Shown here: in pieces, positions 42,764 through 53,975 of the stretch
How the letters are laid out: each line of letters opens with the position of its first letter
Position numbering within the stretch: position 1 is the stretch's first letter
NCBI GenBank assembly: GCA_964620485.1
Contig: CAZUGU010000012.1
Coordinates: 14,573-78,572, forward strand
Reading direction: 5' to 3'
From: an uncultured Burkholderiaceae bacterium
Lineage (GTDB): Bacteria > Pseudomonadota > Gammaproteobacteria > Burkholderiales > Burkholderiaceae_B
DNA: 64,000 nt
Program-made: the position numbers and the translations under genes
The notes under the pieces: model-generated
Databases searched by the model: none
Seen by the model: the letters and a program-made list of their open reading frames with translations, nothing else
What the model was told of the DNA's origin: nothing

Positions 42764-43543
42764 TCAAATAATTGGCATTATATCAGTTTTCTTGAATCGC
42801 TTTTTACATTGCCAGTTCCAAATAAAAATTAGCCAACCTGATAGGCTATATAATGTAAAAATACAGAATAGTATAATTGGAGGATTACTAGATACAAAAA
42901 TAAATATAGCCACTACTAGTAAAATACTCCAAAATGGCACGCTACGACCCAAAGCAAAATTTTTTCCACTAAAAAATGGAATATTACTCACCATTGCAAT
43001 ACCTGCATATATTGTCAGTATAAAAGAAAACCATGAAATTTTTACACTATGAATTGATAGTTCATTTTCAACATCAACATTTAACCATATAAAACTCGCA
43101 ATTAAAGCAGCAGCAGCAGGGCTGGGTAAGCCCTGAAAAAAGCTTTTATTAGTACTTTTAATATTTGCATTAAAACGCGCTAATCTCAATGCAGTACTAG
43201 CGACGTAAAAAAAAGCTGCTAACCATCCTAAACGACCTAAACTATTTAATATCCATTCATACATTACTAAAGCTGGTGCTATACCAAAAGTAGCCATGTC
43301 AGATAATGAATCATACTGTTCTCCAAATGCAGATTGTGTATTTGTTAATCGAGCAACGCGACCATCCATTCCATCAAGTACCATTGCGAAAAATATTGCA
43401 ATTGCAGCAATCTCAAACCTTGAATGTATTGCTTGAACTATGGAATAAAATCCAACAAACAAAGCTGAAGTTGTAAATGCATTAGGTAATAAATAAATAC
43501 TCCGGTGCCGATTTTCTTGGTCATGCACAGCAAAATTTAACAT
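42764..43543 (-). CDS. pssA: CDP-diacylglycerol--serine O-phosphatidyltransferase
   Basis: 259 aa with the CDP-alcohol phosphatidyltransferase motif DGMDGRVARLTNTQSAFGEQYDSLSD. Confidence 0.9.
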   Translation of the reverse strand: MLNFAVHDQENRHRSIYLLPNAFTTSALFVGFYSIVQAIHSRFEIAAIAIFFAMVLDGMDGRVARLTNTQSAFGEQYDSLSDMATFGIAPALVMYEWILNSLGRLGWLAAFFYVASTALRLARFNANIKSTNKSFFQGLPSPAAAALIASFIWLNVDVENELSIHSVKISWFSFILTIYAGIAMVSNIPFFSGKNFALGRSVPFWSILLVVAIFIFVSSNPPIILFCIFTLYSLSGWLIFIWNWQCKKRFKKTDIMPII

Positions 43544-43652
43544 AGTTAAATAGCCTATCTAATATTAGCGTAACAACTGGTATTAGTTATGCATATAGGA
43601 AAAGAAATTTAATTAGATTATATTGATCTAATAATATTTTGTAAGTAATTTA

Positions 43653-44687
<1,035 letters not shown>

Positions 44688-44741
44688 TTAAAATGTCATT
44701 TTTAAAATAAATTTTTATTAAATATTTTTGCAATTTAATAT

Positions 44742-45236
44742 TTAAACTTTAAGTATACGTTCACCACGACCAATACCTGATACACCAGTACGAACTGTTT
44801 CCAAAACAACGTTTGTATCTAAAGATTTTATAAAAGCTTGAATCTTTTCTTGCATTCCCGTTAATTCTATAGTATAGGATTTTTCTGTTACATCAATAAT
44901 TCGACCGCGAAAAATATCCGCCATACGTTTCATTTCCTCACGTTCCTTTCCAATAGCACGAACTTTAATTAATACTAATTCTCGTTCAATGTGAGGACTT
45001 TCCGTAAGATTAACCACTTTGACAACATCGATTAACCTATTCAAATGTTTTGTTATTTGTTCAATTATTTGTTCTGAACAAGTGGTAATAACTGTCAAAC
45101 GAGATAACGTTATATCCTCTGTAGGAGCTACAGTCAAAGTTTCAATATTATAACCACGTGCAGAAAATAAACCAACTACTCTTGATAAAACTCCAGGTTC
45201 ATTTTCCATAAGTACTGATACTATATATTTCTTCAT
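44742..45236 (-). CDS. ilvH: Acetolactate synthase small (regulatory) subunit
   Basis: The internal ATG at 45234-45236 gives MKKYIVSVLMENEPGVLSRVVGLFSARGYNIETLTV (ACT domain), 11 nt after the ilvI stop. The longer track ORF overlaps ilvI. Confidence 0.9.
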   Translation of the reverse strand: MKKYIVSVLMENEPGVLSRVVGLFSARGYNIETLTVAPTEDITLSRLTVITTCSEQIIEQITKHLNRLIDVVKVVNLTESPHIERELVLIKVRAIGKEREEMKRMADIFRGRIIDVTEKSYTIELTGMQEKIQAFIKSLDTNVVLETVRTGVSGIGRGERILKV

Positions 45237-45247
45237 GAAAGGATTCC

Positions 45248-46966
45248 CTACTGTTGTTCTGGATTGAACATCATTTCCGTCAATCCACGACCTGCTTTGA
45301 CCATAGGCCAAACATTTTCAGTATGATCTGTAATGAAATCTATAAAAACTAGCCGATCTTTATATTTTGAAAAAGTTTCATATAAAACAGGTTCTACATC
45401 TACTGGACGATCTATTCGAAAACCGACATGTCCATAAGATTCTGCCAATTTTACAAAATCAGGTAAAGAATCAATATAAGATGAAGAATATCTAGAATCA
45501 TAATCAATTTGTTGCCATTGTCTGACCATACCTAAAAAGTGATTATTTAGACAAAGAATTTTTGGTGTTAATCGATATTGTTGACAGGTCGAAAGTTCTT
45601 GAATATTCATTTGGATAGATGCTTCACCTGTAATTACAGCAACTGGTGCTCCTGGATTAGCCATTTGTACACCAATTGCATAAGGCAAACCAACTCCCAT
45701 AGTTCCAAGTCCGCCAGAATTAATCCAGCGACGAGGATAATCAAACCCATAATATTGGGCTGCCCACATTTGATGCTGCCCTACATCTGATGTAATAAAC
45801 GCATCACCATTTGTAATGTCTCTTAGTTTTTCAATTACAAACTGTGGTTTAATGAGAGCACTAGAATTGCTATATTTCATACATTTTTTTCCTCTCCAAA
45901 TTTCTATTTGTTTCCACCAATTTTCAATAGAAATAGGATTAGCATTTATATGTAATTTTTCATAATTAGTTATCAATTCAACTAATACATCTTTAATATC
46001 ACCAACAATAGGTATATCTACAGGAACTCTTTTAGAGATTGATGAAGGATCAATATCTATATGAATAATTTTTCTAACATTTTTTGAAAAATCCTTCGGA
46101 TTTCCAATTACTCTATCATCAAAACGGGTACCAATAGCTAATAATACATCTCCATGTTGCATTGCCATATTTGCTTCATAGGTTCCATGCATTCCTGGCA
46201 TACCAAGATATTGGTTATCAGTTGATGGTATCGATCCTAACCCCATTAAAGTATTAGTACATGGAGCACCAAGTATCTTTATTAATCTTTTTAATTCATT
46301 TGTTGCATTTGCTAAAATAACGCCACCACCTGTATAAATTATAGGTTTCTCTGCTTTTAAGAGAATCTGTACTGCTTTTTTAATTTGCCCCTGATGCCCC
46401 TTTTTAATAGGAGAATAAGAACGCATATTATTACATTCTTGCTTAACATGTAAATGTCTGTATTTAGCAGCAGTAATATCTTTCGGAATATCAACTAAAA
46501 CAGGTCCAGGTCTGCCTGTATTTGCGATATGAAATGCCCGATGAATAGTTTCAGCTAATTTTTTGATATCTCTTACCAAAAAATTATGTTTCACACAAGG
46601 TCGTGTAATTCCAACAGTATCACATTCTTGAAATGCATCTTCACCAATTGAAGAAGTAGCAACTTGACCACTAATAATTACTATAGGAATAGAATCCATA
46701 TAAGCAGTTGCAATACCAGTTATTGCATTAGTAACACCAGGCCCGCTAGTTACTAGACATACCCCAATCTTATTTGAGGAACGTGAATAAGCATCAGCTG
46801 CGTGAACGGCTGCTTGCTCATGTCTCACCAGAATATGTTGAAATTTATCTTGTTTAAAAATTGAGTCATATATATAAAGTACTGCGCCACCTGGATAACC
46901 GAAAATATGCTCAACACCTTCATCAATTAGACATTGTACAAGTATATCTGCACCATTCATTTCCAT
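45248..46966 (-). CDS. ilvI: Acetolactate synthase large subunit
   Basis: 572 aa with TPP-enzyme motifs (GYPGGA, GGLGTMG, TPP-binding GEASIQMNIQEL). AAGGGAA Shine-Dalgarno upstream. Confidence 0.9.
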   Translation of the reverse strand: MEMNGADILVQCLIDEGVEHIFGYPGGAVLYIYDSIFKQDKFQHILVRHEQAAVHAADAYSRSSNKIGVCLVTSGPGVTNAITGIATAYMDSIPIVIISGQVATSSIGEDAFQECDTVGITRPCVKHNFLVRDIKKLAETIHRAFHIANTGRPGPVLVDIPKDITAAKYRHLHVKQECNNMRSYSPIKKGHQGQIKKAVQILLKAEKPIIYTGGGVILANATNELKRLIKILGAPCTNTLMGLGSIPSTDNQYLGMPGMHGTYEANMAMQHGDVLLAIGTRFDDRVIGNPKDFSKNVRKIIHIDIDPSSISKRVPVDIPIVGDIKDVLVELITNYEKLHINANPISIENWWKQIEIWRGKKCMKYSNSSALIKPQFVIEKLRDITNGDAFITSDVGQHQMWAAQYYGFDYPRRWINSGGLGTMGVGLPYAIGVQMANPGAPVAVITGEASIQMNIQELSTCQQYRLTPKILCLNNHFLGMVRQWQQIDYDSRYSSSYIDSLPDFVKLAESYGHVGFRIDRPVDVEPVLYETFSKYKDRLVFIDFITDHTENVWPMVKAGRGLTEMMFNPEQQ

Positions 46967-47492
46967 AATGTAATTCCCTTACGAAAGTAACTTAATATAC
47001 TAAAAGATATTAAATATTTAGATAATGAGACCAATTAATAGCTAACTGCTTTTAATTGATAATCTTTATTTAATCTAATAGAACTAGTAGAAATAATTCA
47101 TTCAATTCATTGAATTGACTAAAAATTTATTCCATCTGATGAGATCTAACTATAGAATAAGTTTTTTTCGATTTTTAAAATACTTGTTATATTGCAAAGA
47201 TGTTTTAGTGGAATACTTAAATATAATGAGCCTCAGCTAAGGATGAAAGAAATTATTCTAAATAATACTAAGAGGTTCTTAAATCCTTCTTAATTATTTT
47301 GAGGTGAAATAACTAGTTCTTCACAAGAAGAGTATTTTTATAAAAATTAAAAAATCAATTAATCAGAATAATTTGACATTAAATACTAAAACCTAGAATC
47401 TGTCTATTTTCCAATTTAAATAAGCTTTAAACTTTAAAGTTTCGTATAAAGAATAGTAATATAAACATATTAACTGTAGAATTAGTACTCTT

Positions 47493-47581
47493 GGAGAGGT
47501 GACAGAGCGGCTAAATGTACCTGATTCGAAATCAGGAATGCAGTTTTTGCATCATGGGTTCGAATCCCATCCTCTCCGCCA
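47493..47581 (+). tRNA. tRNA-Ser (anticodon CGA), CCA encoded
   Basis: It aligns almost position for position with E. coli tRNA-Ser(CGA) as recalled. Acceptor GGAGAGG/CCTCTCC, anticodon arm CCTGA-TTCGAAA-TCAGG, long variable arm, T arm GGG-TTCGAATCCC, discriminator G plus CCA. Confidence 0.9.
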
Positions 47582-47743
47582 AAAAACCAGAAAAAATCGT
47601 TCAAATTTTTTGACTCGTTTTATTAAAAATACTCTTATTCATTTTTAAATCTGTTTTGTATCTTTTCTTATATTCTTATATATTAGAATCAATTAAAAAA
47701 TAAAGGTTAAAATAAATCTGAATTTATATAAATAAATTCAGAT

Positions 47744-49108
47744 TTATTTTTTAGTTGGTTCTAATATAGTGGTTCCTCCCATATATGATAATAATGCTTC
47801 AGGGATTAAAACACTGCCATCTTCTCTCTGGTAATTTTCTAGTACAGCTACCAATGTCCTTCCAACTGCTAATGCAGAACCATTCAAGGTATGAACATAT
47901 TCTAGATCACCATAATTATTACGAAACCTTGCTTTCATACGTCTTGCTTGAAACGTTTCACAGTTTGAGACTGAAGAAATTTCTCGCCATGTATTTTGTG
48001 TTGGTAGCCATACTTCTAAATCATATGTTTTAGATGATGCAAAACCTATATCGCCTGTACATAATAACATAACTCGATAAGGCAATTGCAGTAATTGAAG
48101 AACATGCTCTGCATGACTGACCATGTCCTCTAAAGCCTTGTATGAAAGACTTGGATGTGAAATTGTTACAAGTTCTATTTTATCAAACTGGTGTTGTCGG
48201 ATCATACCACATATATCTAAACCACCACTACCTGCTTCGGAACGAAAACATGGTGTATGCGCCGTAAACTTTATTGGTAGATCACTCAGCGGGATAATAG
48301 TATTACTTACTGCATTTGTCAAAGTAACTTCTGATGTAGAAATAAGAAATTGATTTTTCAATATATGAGTATTGGAATCTTTTTGATCATTTTTATTAAA
48401 TTTTTCTATACTGTTCCCTTTAATAACAGAGAAAACATCATCTTTAAATTTAGGAAGTTGGCCAATATTAAATAAAGTAGATTCATTTACTATATATGGC
48501 GTATGACATTCAGTATAACCATGAATGTCAGTCTGAAGATCTAACATAAATTGTGCAAGAGCTCTATGCAGACGTGCTATTCCACCGCGTAAAAATGAAA
48601 ATCGTGAGCCGGATAATTTAGAAGCTAAATTTAAATCAAGTCCTAGTGATTCACCTAAAGTTACATGATTCCTTGGTTTAAAATTTAATAAATTAGGATT
48701 GGAATCTGTATATTCAAAAGAATTTGGGATCCATCGACGTACTTCGATGTTATCCTTATTAGATGTACCAAATGGTACACTATGATGTTGTAAATTTGGT
48801 AAAGATATTAATATTTCATAAATATTTTGTTTCAAAACTACTAATTCTTCTTGAAGTTTTTTGATCTCAATGGCTATCAATTGAGATTCTTTCATTATAT
48901 CAGAAGTATCTTGATCGTTAACTTTATATGCCCCAACTAATTTTGCTAGAACATTTCTTCTAGCCTGAAAACTTTGTATTTTTAGTTGTATCGTTTTACG
49001 ACGATTATCTAATTCCTGAAATTGAATTAGATTAAAATTGAAACCTCGATTTTTAAAGTTTTTTAAAATTGTCTGTGTGTTTTTGCGTAACAAATTTGGA
49101 TCTAACAT
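47744..49108 (-). CDS. serS: Seryl-tRNA synthetase
   Basis: 454 aa with an N-terminal coiled-coil arm and class II motifs (TPCFRSEAGS, HQFDK.E, GSALAVGRTLVA.LEN). Confidence 0.95.
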   Translation of the reverse strand: MLDPNLLRKNTQTILKNFKNRGFNFNLIQFQELDNRRKTIQLKIQSFQARRNVLAKLVGAYKVNDQDTSDIMKESQLIAIEIKKLQEELVVLKQNIYEILISLPNLQHHSVPFGTSNKDNIEVRRWIPNSFEYTDSNPNLLNFKPRNHVTLGESLGLDLNLASKLSGSRFSFLRGGIARLHRALAQFMLDLQTDIHGYTECHTPYIVNESTLFNIGQLPKFKDDVFSVIKGNSIEKFNKNDQKDSNTHILKNQFLISTSEVTLTNAVSNTIIPLSDLPIKFTAHTPCFRSEAGSGGLDICGMIRQHQFDKIELVTISHPSLSYKALEDMVSHAEHVLQLLQLPYRVMLLCTGDIGFASSKTYDLEVWLPTQNTWREISSVSNCETFQARRMKARFRNNYGDLEYVHTLNGSALAVGRTLVAVLENYQREDGSVLIPEALLSYMGGTTILEPTKK

Positions 49109-49529
49109 AGAAAACTAGTAAATCAACCTTTATTTTTTGTATAAAACGTACCTATTTTATCCCAAAGGATAGATCCCAATCTAGATATATTTAATCTATT
49201 TACAATTATATCTAAAATCAATCTATTGTATATTCTAAAATATAAGGAATTTCATATACTTTTATAGATAATTTTAATACTTTTAAAGTTATAAATTGAA
49301 AAAATAATATTAATAGAGCACGAATACATGAATACATTACAAAATGTAACTTGTAGTTAATTCAAAACCAATCATTCGATAATTCTAAATACAGAAAATA
49401 TTATCTTTTAAATTAGTTTTTAACATTAAACATATATAAAATATATGAAGTAATTATAAATTCTAATCAATTTAAACAAAAACAAAGCAGAAATAAATAA
49501 TATTTACAACATAATTTAGATTAAATATT

Positions 49530-49563
49530 AGAGATTTTTATATAAGAGAGATTTTTATATAAG
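49530..49563. repeat. Perfect tandem duplication, 2 x 17 nt (agagatttttatataag)
   Basis: Read directly in the ftsK-serS spacer. Confidence 0.9.
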
Positions 49564-49680
49564 TTATAAAATCATATTTTGATTTTTGAGATTGTTATGA
49601 TTTTATCAAAATAATCTAATAATGGTATTTTCAATTAAGTTTTTCGAACTATTAAGAGAAAATCATCAGCTGATTCAATT

Positions 49681-49714
49681 TTGAAATTGTCTTATTTTTG
49701 AAATTGTCTTATTT
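49681..49714. repeat. Perfect tandem duplication, 2 x 17 nt (ttgaaattgtcttattt)
   Basis: Read directly. It abuts the 23-bp hairpin. Confidence 0.9.
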
Positions 49715-49715
49715 G

Positions 49716-49766
49716 AATTAAACACTTATTTATTTTAACTAATTTAAAATAAATAAGTGTTTAATT
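49716..49766 (-). terminator. Perfect 23-bp-arm hairpin (49716-49738 / 49744-49766, 5-nt loop) about 120 nt past the ftsK stop
   Basis: aattaaacacttatttattttaa-ctaat-ttaaaataaataagtgtttaatt, paired base by base. Confidence 0.5.
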
Positions 49767-49886
49767 ATATTCTTTATATTTTCTCAATCGAATAGATTAG
49801 TATCATTAAAAATGATTAGTATATAATTATTGGTATGAGAAATAGAAATATATACATTATTAGTATTATTTTGCATCTTCTTTTTT

Positions 49887-51971
49887 TTAATCTTTTTTAT
49901 CTAATAAACTACTTATATAATTAGGATTACTGCACTGTCTAATTGATTCTACAACACGATACACTTCATTATCATTAACAAATGCTCCATGTATACGCAT
50001 GGGAAAAACATATCCCGAATGCATATATAACATATCACCCTGACCTAGAAGTGTTTCAGCACCCATTTGATCCAATATGGTACGTGAATCGATTTTTGAT
50101 GAAACTTGGAATGCTATTCTAGTTGGAATATTTGCTTTTATTAAACCTGTAATTATGTCAACACTAGGACGTTGAGTTGCTAATATTAAATGAATACCAG
50201 CTGCACGAGCTTTTTGTGCTAATCGAGTAATCAACTCTTCAATTTTTTTTCCTGACACCATCATTAGATCTGCTAATTCATCAATAATAATAATAATATT
50301 AGGTAATAATTGCAAAGAATTCACTATTCCCGATTTTAATAATTCTGAATTGAATTTCGTATTACCAATCCGAATGGTTTCAATAATTTTCTGATTATAT
50401 CCTGCAAGATTACGTACCATCAATTTGCTCATTAAATAATAGCGCCGCTCCATTTCATATATACACCAATTCAAAGCGCTAGCAGCTTTATTTATATCAG
50501 TCACTACAGGAGTCAATAAATGAGGTATACCTTCATACATACTCATTTCTAACATTTTTGGATCAATCAAGATAAATCGTATATGTGATGCATCAGACTT
50601 ATATAACAAAGATAAGATTATTGCATTAAGACTTACTGATTTACCAGAACCTGTTGTACCTGCTATTAACATATGAGGCATTCTTTCTAAATCAGCAACT
50701 ATAGCATTACCAGCAATATCTTTACCAAGCGCAATAGTCACTTTTGATCTACTGTTACAATATGCTTGAGATCCTATAATTTCAGAAAGATGAACTGTTT
50801 GTCGTCGATCGTTAGGTAATTCTAATCCCATAAGATTTTTACCTGGAATAGTTTCTACAATTCGAATACTCATTACACTAAGTAACCTTGCTAAATCTTT
50901 AGAAAGATTTACAATTCGATTTCCCTTAATTCCTTTTTCTAACTTAATTTCATACCTAGTAATAATTGGACCAGTTTGAGCTGAAACCACTGTAACTGAA
51001 ATGCCGAAATCGGCTAATTTTCTTTCGATGAGTCTTGATGTAGCTTCAATAACATCTTGTGATATCATTGGATAATCAGTAGATTCAGGTTGATCAAGTA
51101 AACTAATGTTAGGCAATTGATTAATATTGGATAAAATAGTTGAGCTTTGAAAATTCTTTTCGAAAGTAGCATCCTCTTTTTTCTTGATTATTAGATTCTG
51201 AAATCCAGAATCTAATAATTTGAAATAAGAAGATTGTGTACCTTGTTTTTTTTCTTTTTGCAATTTAATTACTTGACTAATACCATTCAATTCAAATAAA
51301 TCAGTTTTTTTGATCTTTTTAAAATTCCAAAAATACAAAAAAATCATTTCCAAATAAAGACCTAAATATTCGGATACAGACAACCAGGAAAATGAAAAAA
51401 ATAAGCTTGAGCCGATTGTTATGATTGCTAAAAAAAATAGTGTTGCACCTGTAAATCCTAATTTATCCAATAAAAAACTCGCAATGATCTGACCAATTAT
51501 ACCTCCATTACCCTGAATATTATTTATATGACCCAGTAGATACTGACCTAAAGTATCATTTGATTTCAACGTTTCCAAACTTACTGATCCAATTAGTAAC
51601 ATAATAAAACCTATGTTATTTTCCAAACATAGGAATAAGAATTTTTTATTTTCTTTCTTATTAATCTTATTAATTAAATTAAATAAATAATAATATCTTT
51701 TATAGATATAGCGAATTAATAATATTATCCACCACCAAGCAGAAAAACCAAATAGATAAAAGAGTACATCGGAAAAATAAGATCCAAGAATGCCGCAATA
51801 GTTTTCTATAGTATTGCTTGATGTAACATGTGACCAACTTGTATCTAATGGATCCCAAGTTACTAAAGACAAGATCATCCAAATTGTTAATACAATTAGA
51901 ATGATCCAAAATATTTCATATAAAAATATCGAAGCAGCACTTTTTCTTATATAGAAGAGCCTATTAGGCAT
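49887..51971 (-). CDS. ftsK: DNA translocase FtsK, lacking the C-terminal gamma domain
   Basis: It has N-terminal TM helices, a short linker and the alpha/beta motor (Walker A GTTGSGKS, Walker [19 protein letters not shown]). The start is either GTG 52001 or ATG 51971. The protein ends about 22 aa after the HGAFV.D.EV..VV motif. Confidence 0.85.
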   Translation of the reverse strand: MPNRLFYIRKSAASIFLYEIFWIILIVLTIWMILSLVTWDPLDTSWSHVTSSNTIENYCGILGSYFSDVLFYLFGFSAWWWIILLIRYIYKRYYYLFNLINKINKKENKKFLFLCLENNIGFIMLLIGSVSLETLKSNDTLGQYLLGHINNIQGNGGIIGQIIASFLLDKLGFTGATLFFLAIITIGSSLFFSFSWLSVSEYLGLYLEMIFLYFWNFKKIKKTDLFELNGISQVIKLQKEKKQGTQSSYFKLLDSGFQNLIIKKKEDATFEKNFQSSTILSNINQLPNISLLDQPESTDYPMISQDVIEATSRLIERKLADFGISVTVVSAQTGPIITRYEIKLEKGIKGNRIVNLSKDLARLLSVMSIRIVETIPGKNLMGLELPNDRRQTVHLSEIIGSQAYCNSRSKVTIALGKDIAGNAIVADLERMPHMLIAGTTGSGKSVSLNAIILSLLYKSDASHIRFILIDPKMLEMSMYEGIPHLLTPVVTDINKAASALNWCIYEMERRYYLMSKLMVRNLAGYNQKIIETIRIGNTKFNSELLKSGIVNSLQLLPNIIIIIDELADLMMVSGKKIEELITRLAQKARAAGIHLILATQRPSVDIITGLIKANIPTRIAFQVSSKIDSRTILDQMGAETLLGQGDMLYMHSGYVFPMRIHGAFVNDNEVYRVVESIRQCSNPNYISSLLDKKD

Positions 51972-52041
51972 ATATTGTAGACAGGAAATATTGTAAGACA
52001 CTATCTAAGTTTAGCTAATATTAATTTCCAAACAATTAAAA

Positions 52042-52061
52042 CATGTCATAACATGTCATAA
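52042..52061. repeat. Perfect tandem duplication, 2 x 10 nt (acatgtcata)
   Basis: Read directly upstream of ftsK. Confidence 0.85.
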
Positions 52062-52609
52062 TTAAGTAAAATTAATAAGATAAATCTTTTAAAATTAAAA
52101 AAACAAATATAGTTTAATTGTATACTTAAACTTGAATTAATATATAATATATTAATATTTGTTTTTATAAACATCATTATATCGCTATGTTCTGTTATGA
52201 GAAAAATTAATGTTTATGATTTATAATCAGTATTTGTGTACCATTAGTTGATATTTATTAATGTAAATGTACCTTGTTGTTATGTCATAGTGGTAGATTT
52301 TTCGAGATATGGATCTAAATTTAACTAAGTAAAAACCACGGAACAAAATATTCGATATAATCAATAATAATTAGATTTATCTATAACATTTGATAAAATT
52401 TAAAATTATAAAAATTTCTTCAAATTAATTTGAGATTATTCTCTATTTAAAAATTATAAAAATATAACTAATGCACATCAAGTAAGATTCTCTTTATTTA
52501 ATTTTTTTCAAAAAAGATTTATTTGAAAAAATTTTCTGTATGGATTTATTGAGCTATAAATAAATTATGAATAAAGGATTGATAAATATATTAGAAGTAT
52601 TGTGTTTAT

Positions 52610-53029
52610 ATGTTTAACTTAACTAAAAATCAAGTTCGAATTTTTTTTATCAAGGCATGGGAAAAATATAAATTAAAAGCATCTATAACGCCATTAGAAG
52701 ATGTAGCGATTAATTGGATTATTAGACATCCAGAATATCATCGAGATCTGGAAAATAAATCTATACTTTCAATTGGATACAATTTAAATGAAATATATAA
52801 AAACCCATTTTTACACCTATCTATGCATTTAGCAATTTCTGAGCAATTATCTATAGATAGTCCACCAGGCATTCAATCTATATATAAAAAAATTTTCTGT
52901 CGTACTAATGATACACATCAAGCAATACATGAAATTATGGACAGTCTATATCAAGTACTAACTGAGATAAACACTCCTGGAGAAATCTGGAATAATACAT
53001 ATATTAGCCTGCTTAAAGAGAAAATCTGA
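52610..53029 (+). CDS. DUF1841 family conserved hypothetical protein
   Basis: 139 aa. R.FF..AW.K........PLE......I..HPEYH..L........Y......NPFLHLSMHLAISEQL..D.P.GI is the DUF1841 pattern as I remember it. Confidence 0.7.
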   Translation: MFNLTKNQVRIFFIKAWEKYKLKASITPLEDVAINWIIRHPEYHRDLENKSILSIGYNLNEIYKNPFLHLSMHLAISEQLSIDSPPGIQSIYKKIFCRTNDTHQAIHEIMDSLYQVLTEINTPGEIWNNTYISLLKEKI

Positions 53030-53183
53030 ATAACACATATAGTGTTAATCTATTATTTAAAATATGTTTCCGGTCTCAATGTTAAGATTGAATCTTTTTC
53101 TATTCTTATTTTGATACTAATTTGGCAAAATAAATACTTTAATAATCTTTATTATCAATAAATGATTCTCATCAAAAATAAAC

Positions 53184-53924
53184 CTATCGTAATATACGAC
53201 TTAGGAATAATCTAGTCCTATCATTTTTAGGATGATCGAAAAAAATATCTGGGCTATTTTCTTCAATTATTTCTCCAGAATCCATAAAGATAACTCGATC
53301 TGCAATTTTCCGCGCAAAACCCATTTCATGAGTTACACATATCATTGTTACACCATCTTTCTGAGCTAGACTTATCATAACATCTAATACCTCATTAACC
53401 GTTTCTGGATCTAAAGCCGATGTTGGTTCATCAAATAAAATAACTTTTGGATTCATGCACAATGAACGTGCAATTGCAACTCTTTGTTGTTGTCCACCTG
53501 ATAATTGACCGGGATATTTATAAGCTTGTTCCGGTATACGGACTCTTTCCAAATACTTCATTGCTAATTCTATTGCTTGAGATTTTGGTTTTTTTAATAC
53601 CCAAATTGGTCCAAGAATTAAATTCTCTAAAACTGTTAGATGAGGAAAAAGATTAAAATGCTGAAATACCATTCCTACATTACGTCTTACAATTTCGATG
53701 TTTTTTAGATTGTTGTTAAGTTCAATACCATTTACAACAATACGTCCCTGTTCACATTTTTCTAGACGATTTATACAACGAATCATAGTAGATTTTCCTG
53801 ATCCAGATGGACCGCAAATTACAAGACGTTCCCCTATTTTTACATTTAAATTAATATTGCGTAAAACATGGAATTGTCCATACCATTTATTTATATTCTG
53901 CATTTGGATGATATCCTTAGACAA
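53184..53924 (-). CDS. aapP: Polar/general amino acid ABC transporter ATP-binding protein (AapP/YhdZ/GlnQ type)
   Basis: [17 protein letters not shown] and [13 protein letters not shown] motifs. TTG 53924 has a strong GAGGAGG just upstream. An alternative ATG lies at 53903. Confidence 0.8.
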   Translation of the reverse strand: MSKDIIQMQNINKWYGQFHVLRNINLNVKIGERLVICGPSGSGKSTMIRCINRLEKCEQGRIVVNGIELNNNLKNIEIVRRNVGMVFQHFNLFPHLTVLENLILGPIWVLKKPKSQAIELAMKYLERVRIPEQAYKYPGQLSGGQQQRVAIARSLCMNPKVILFDEPTSALDPETVNEVLDVMISLAQKDGVTMICVTHEMGFARKIADRVIFMDSGEIIEENSPDIFFDHPKNDRTRLFLSRILR

Positions 53925-53975
53925 ATTTCCTCCTCAAAATATTTTTCTAATTTTGTAATTTAAATCATCGAAAAT

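Noticed and set aside
42723-43052. 109-aa plus-strand ORF overlapping the pssA 3' half.
   Set aside because: It is antisense to pssA, which carries the full CDP-alcohol phosphatidyltransferase motif. It has no motifs of its own.
48340-48430. Insertion of about 13 aa (KGNSIEKFNKNDQKDSNTHILKNQ region) in SerS relative to E. coli.
   Set aside because: It lies in a known variable surface loop between the conserved LPKF and (I/L).(P/S)T(A/S)EV motifs, and it is low-complexity Asn/Lys-rich. Such expansions are common in AT-rich genomes.
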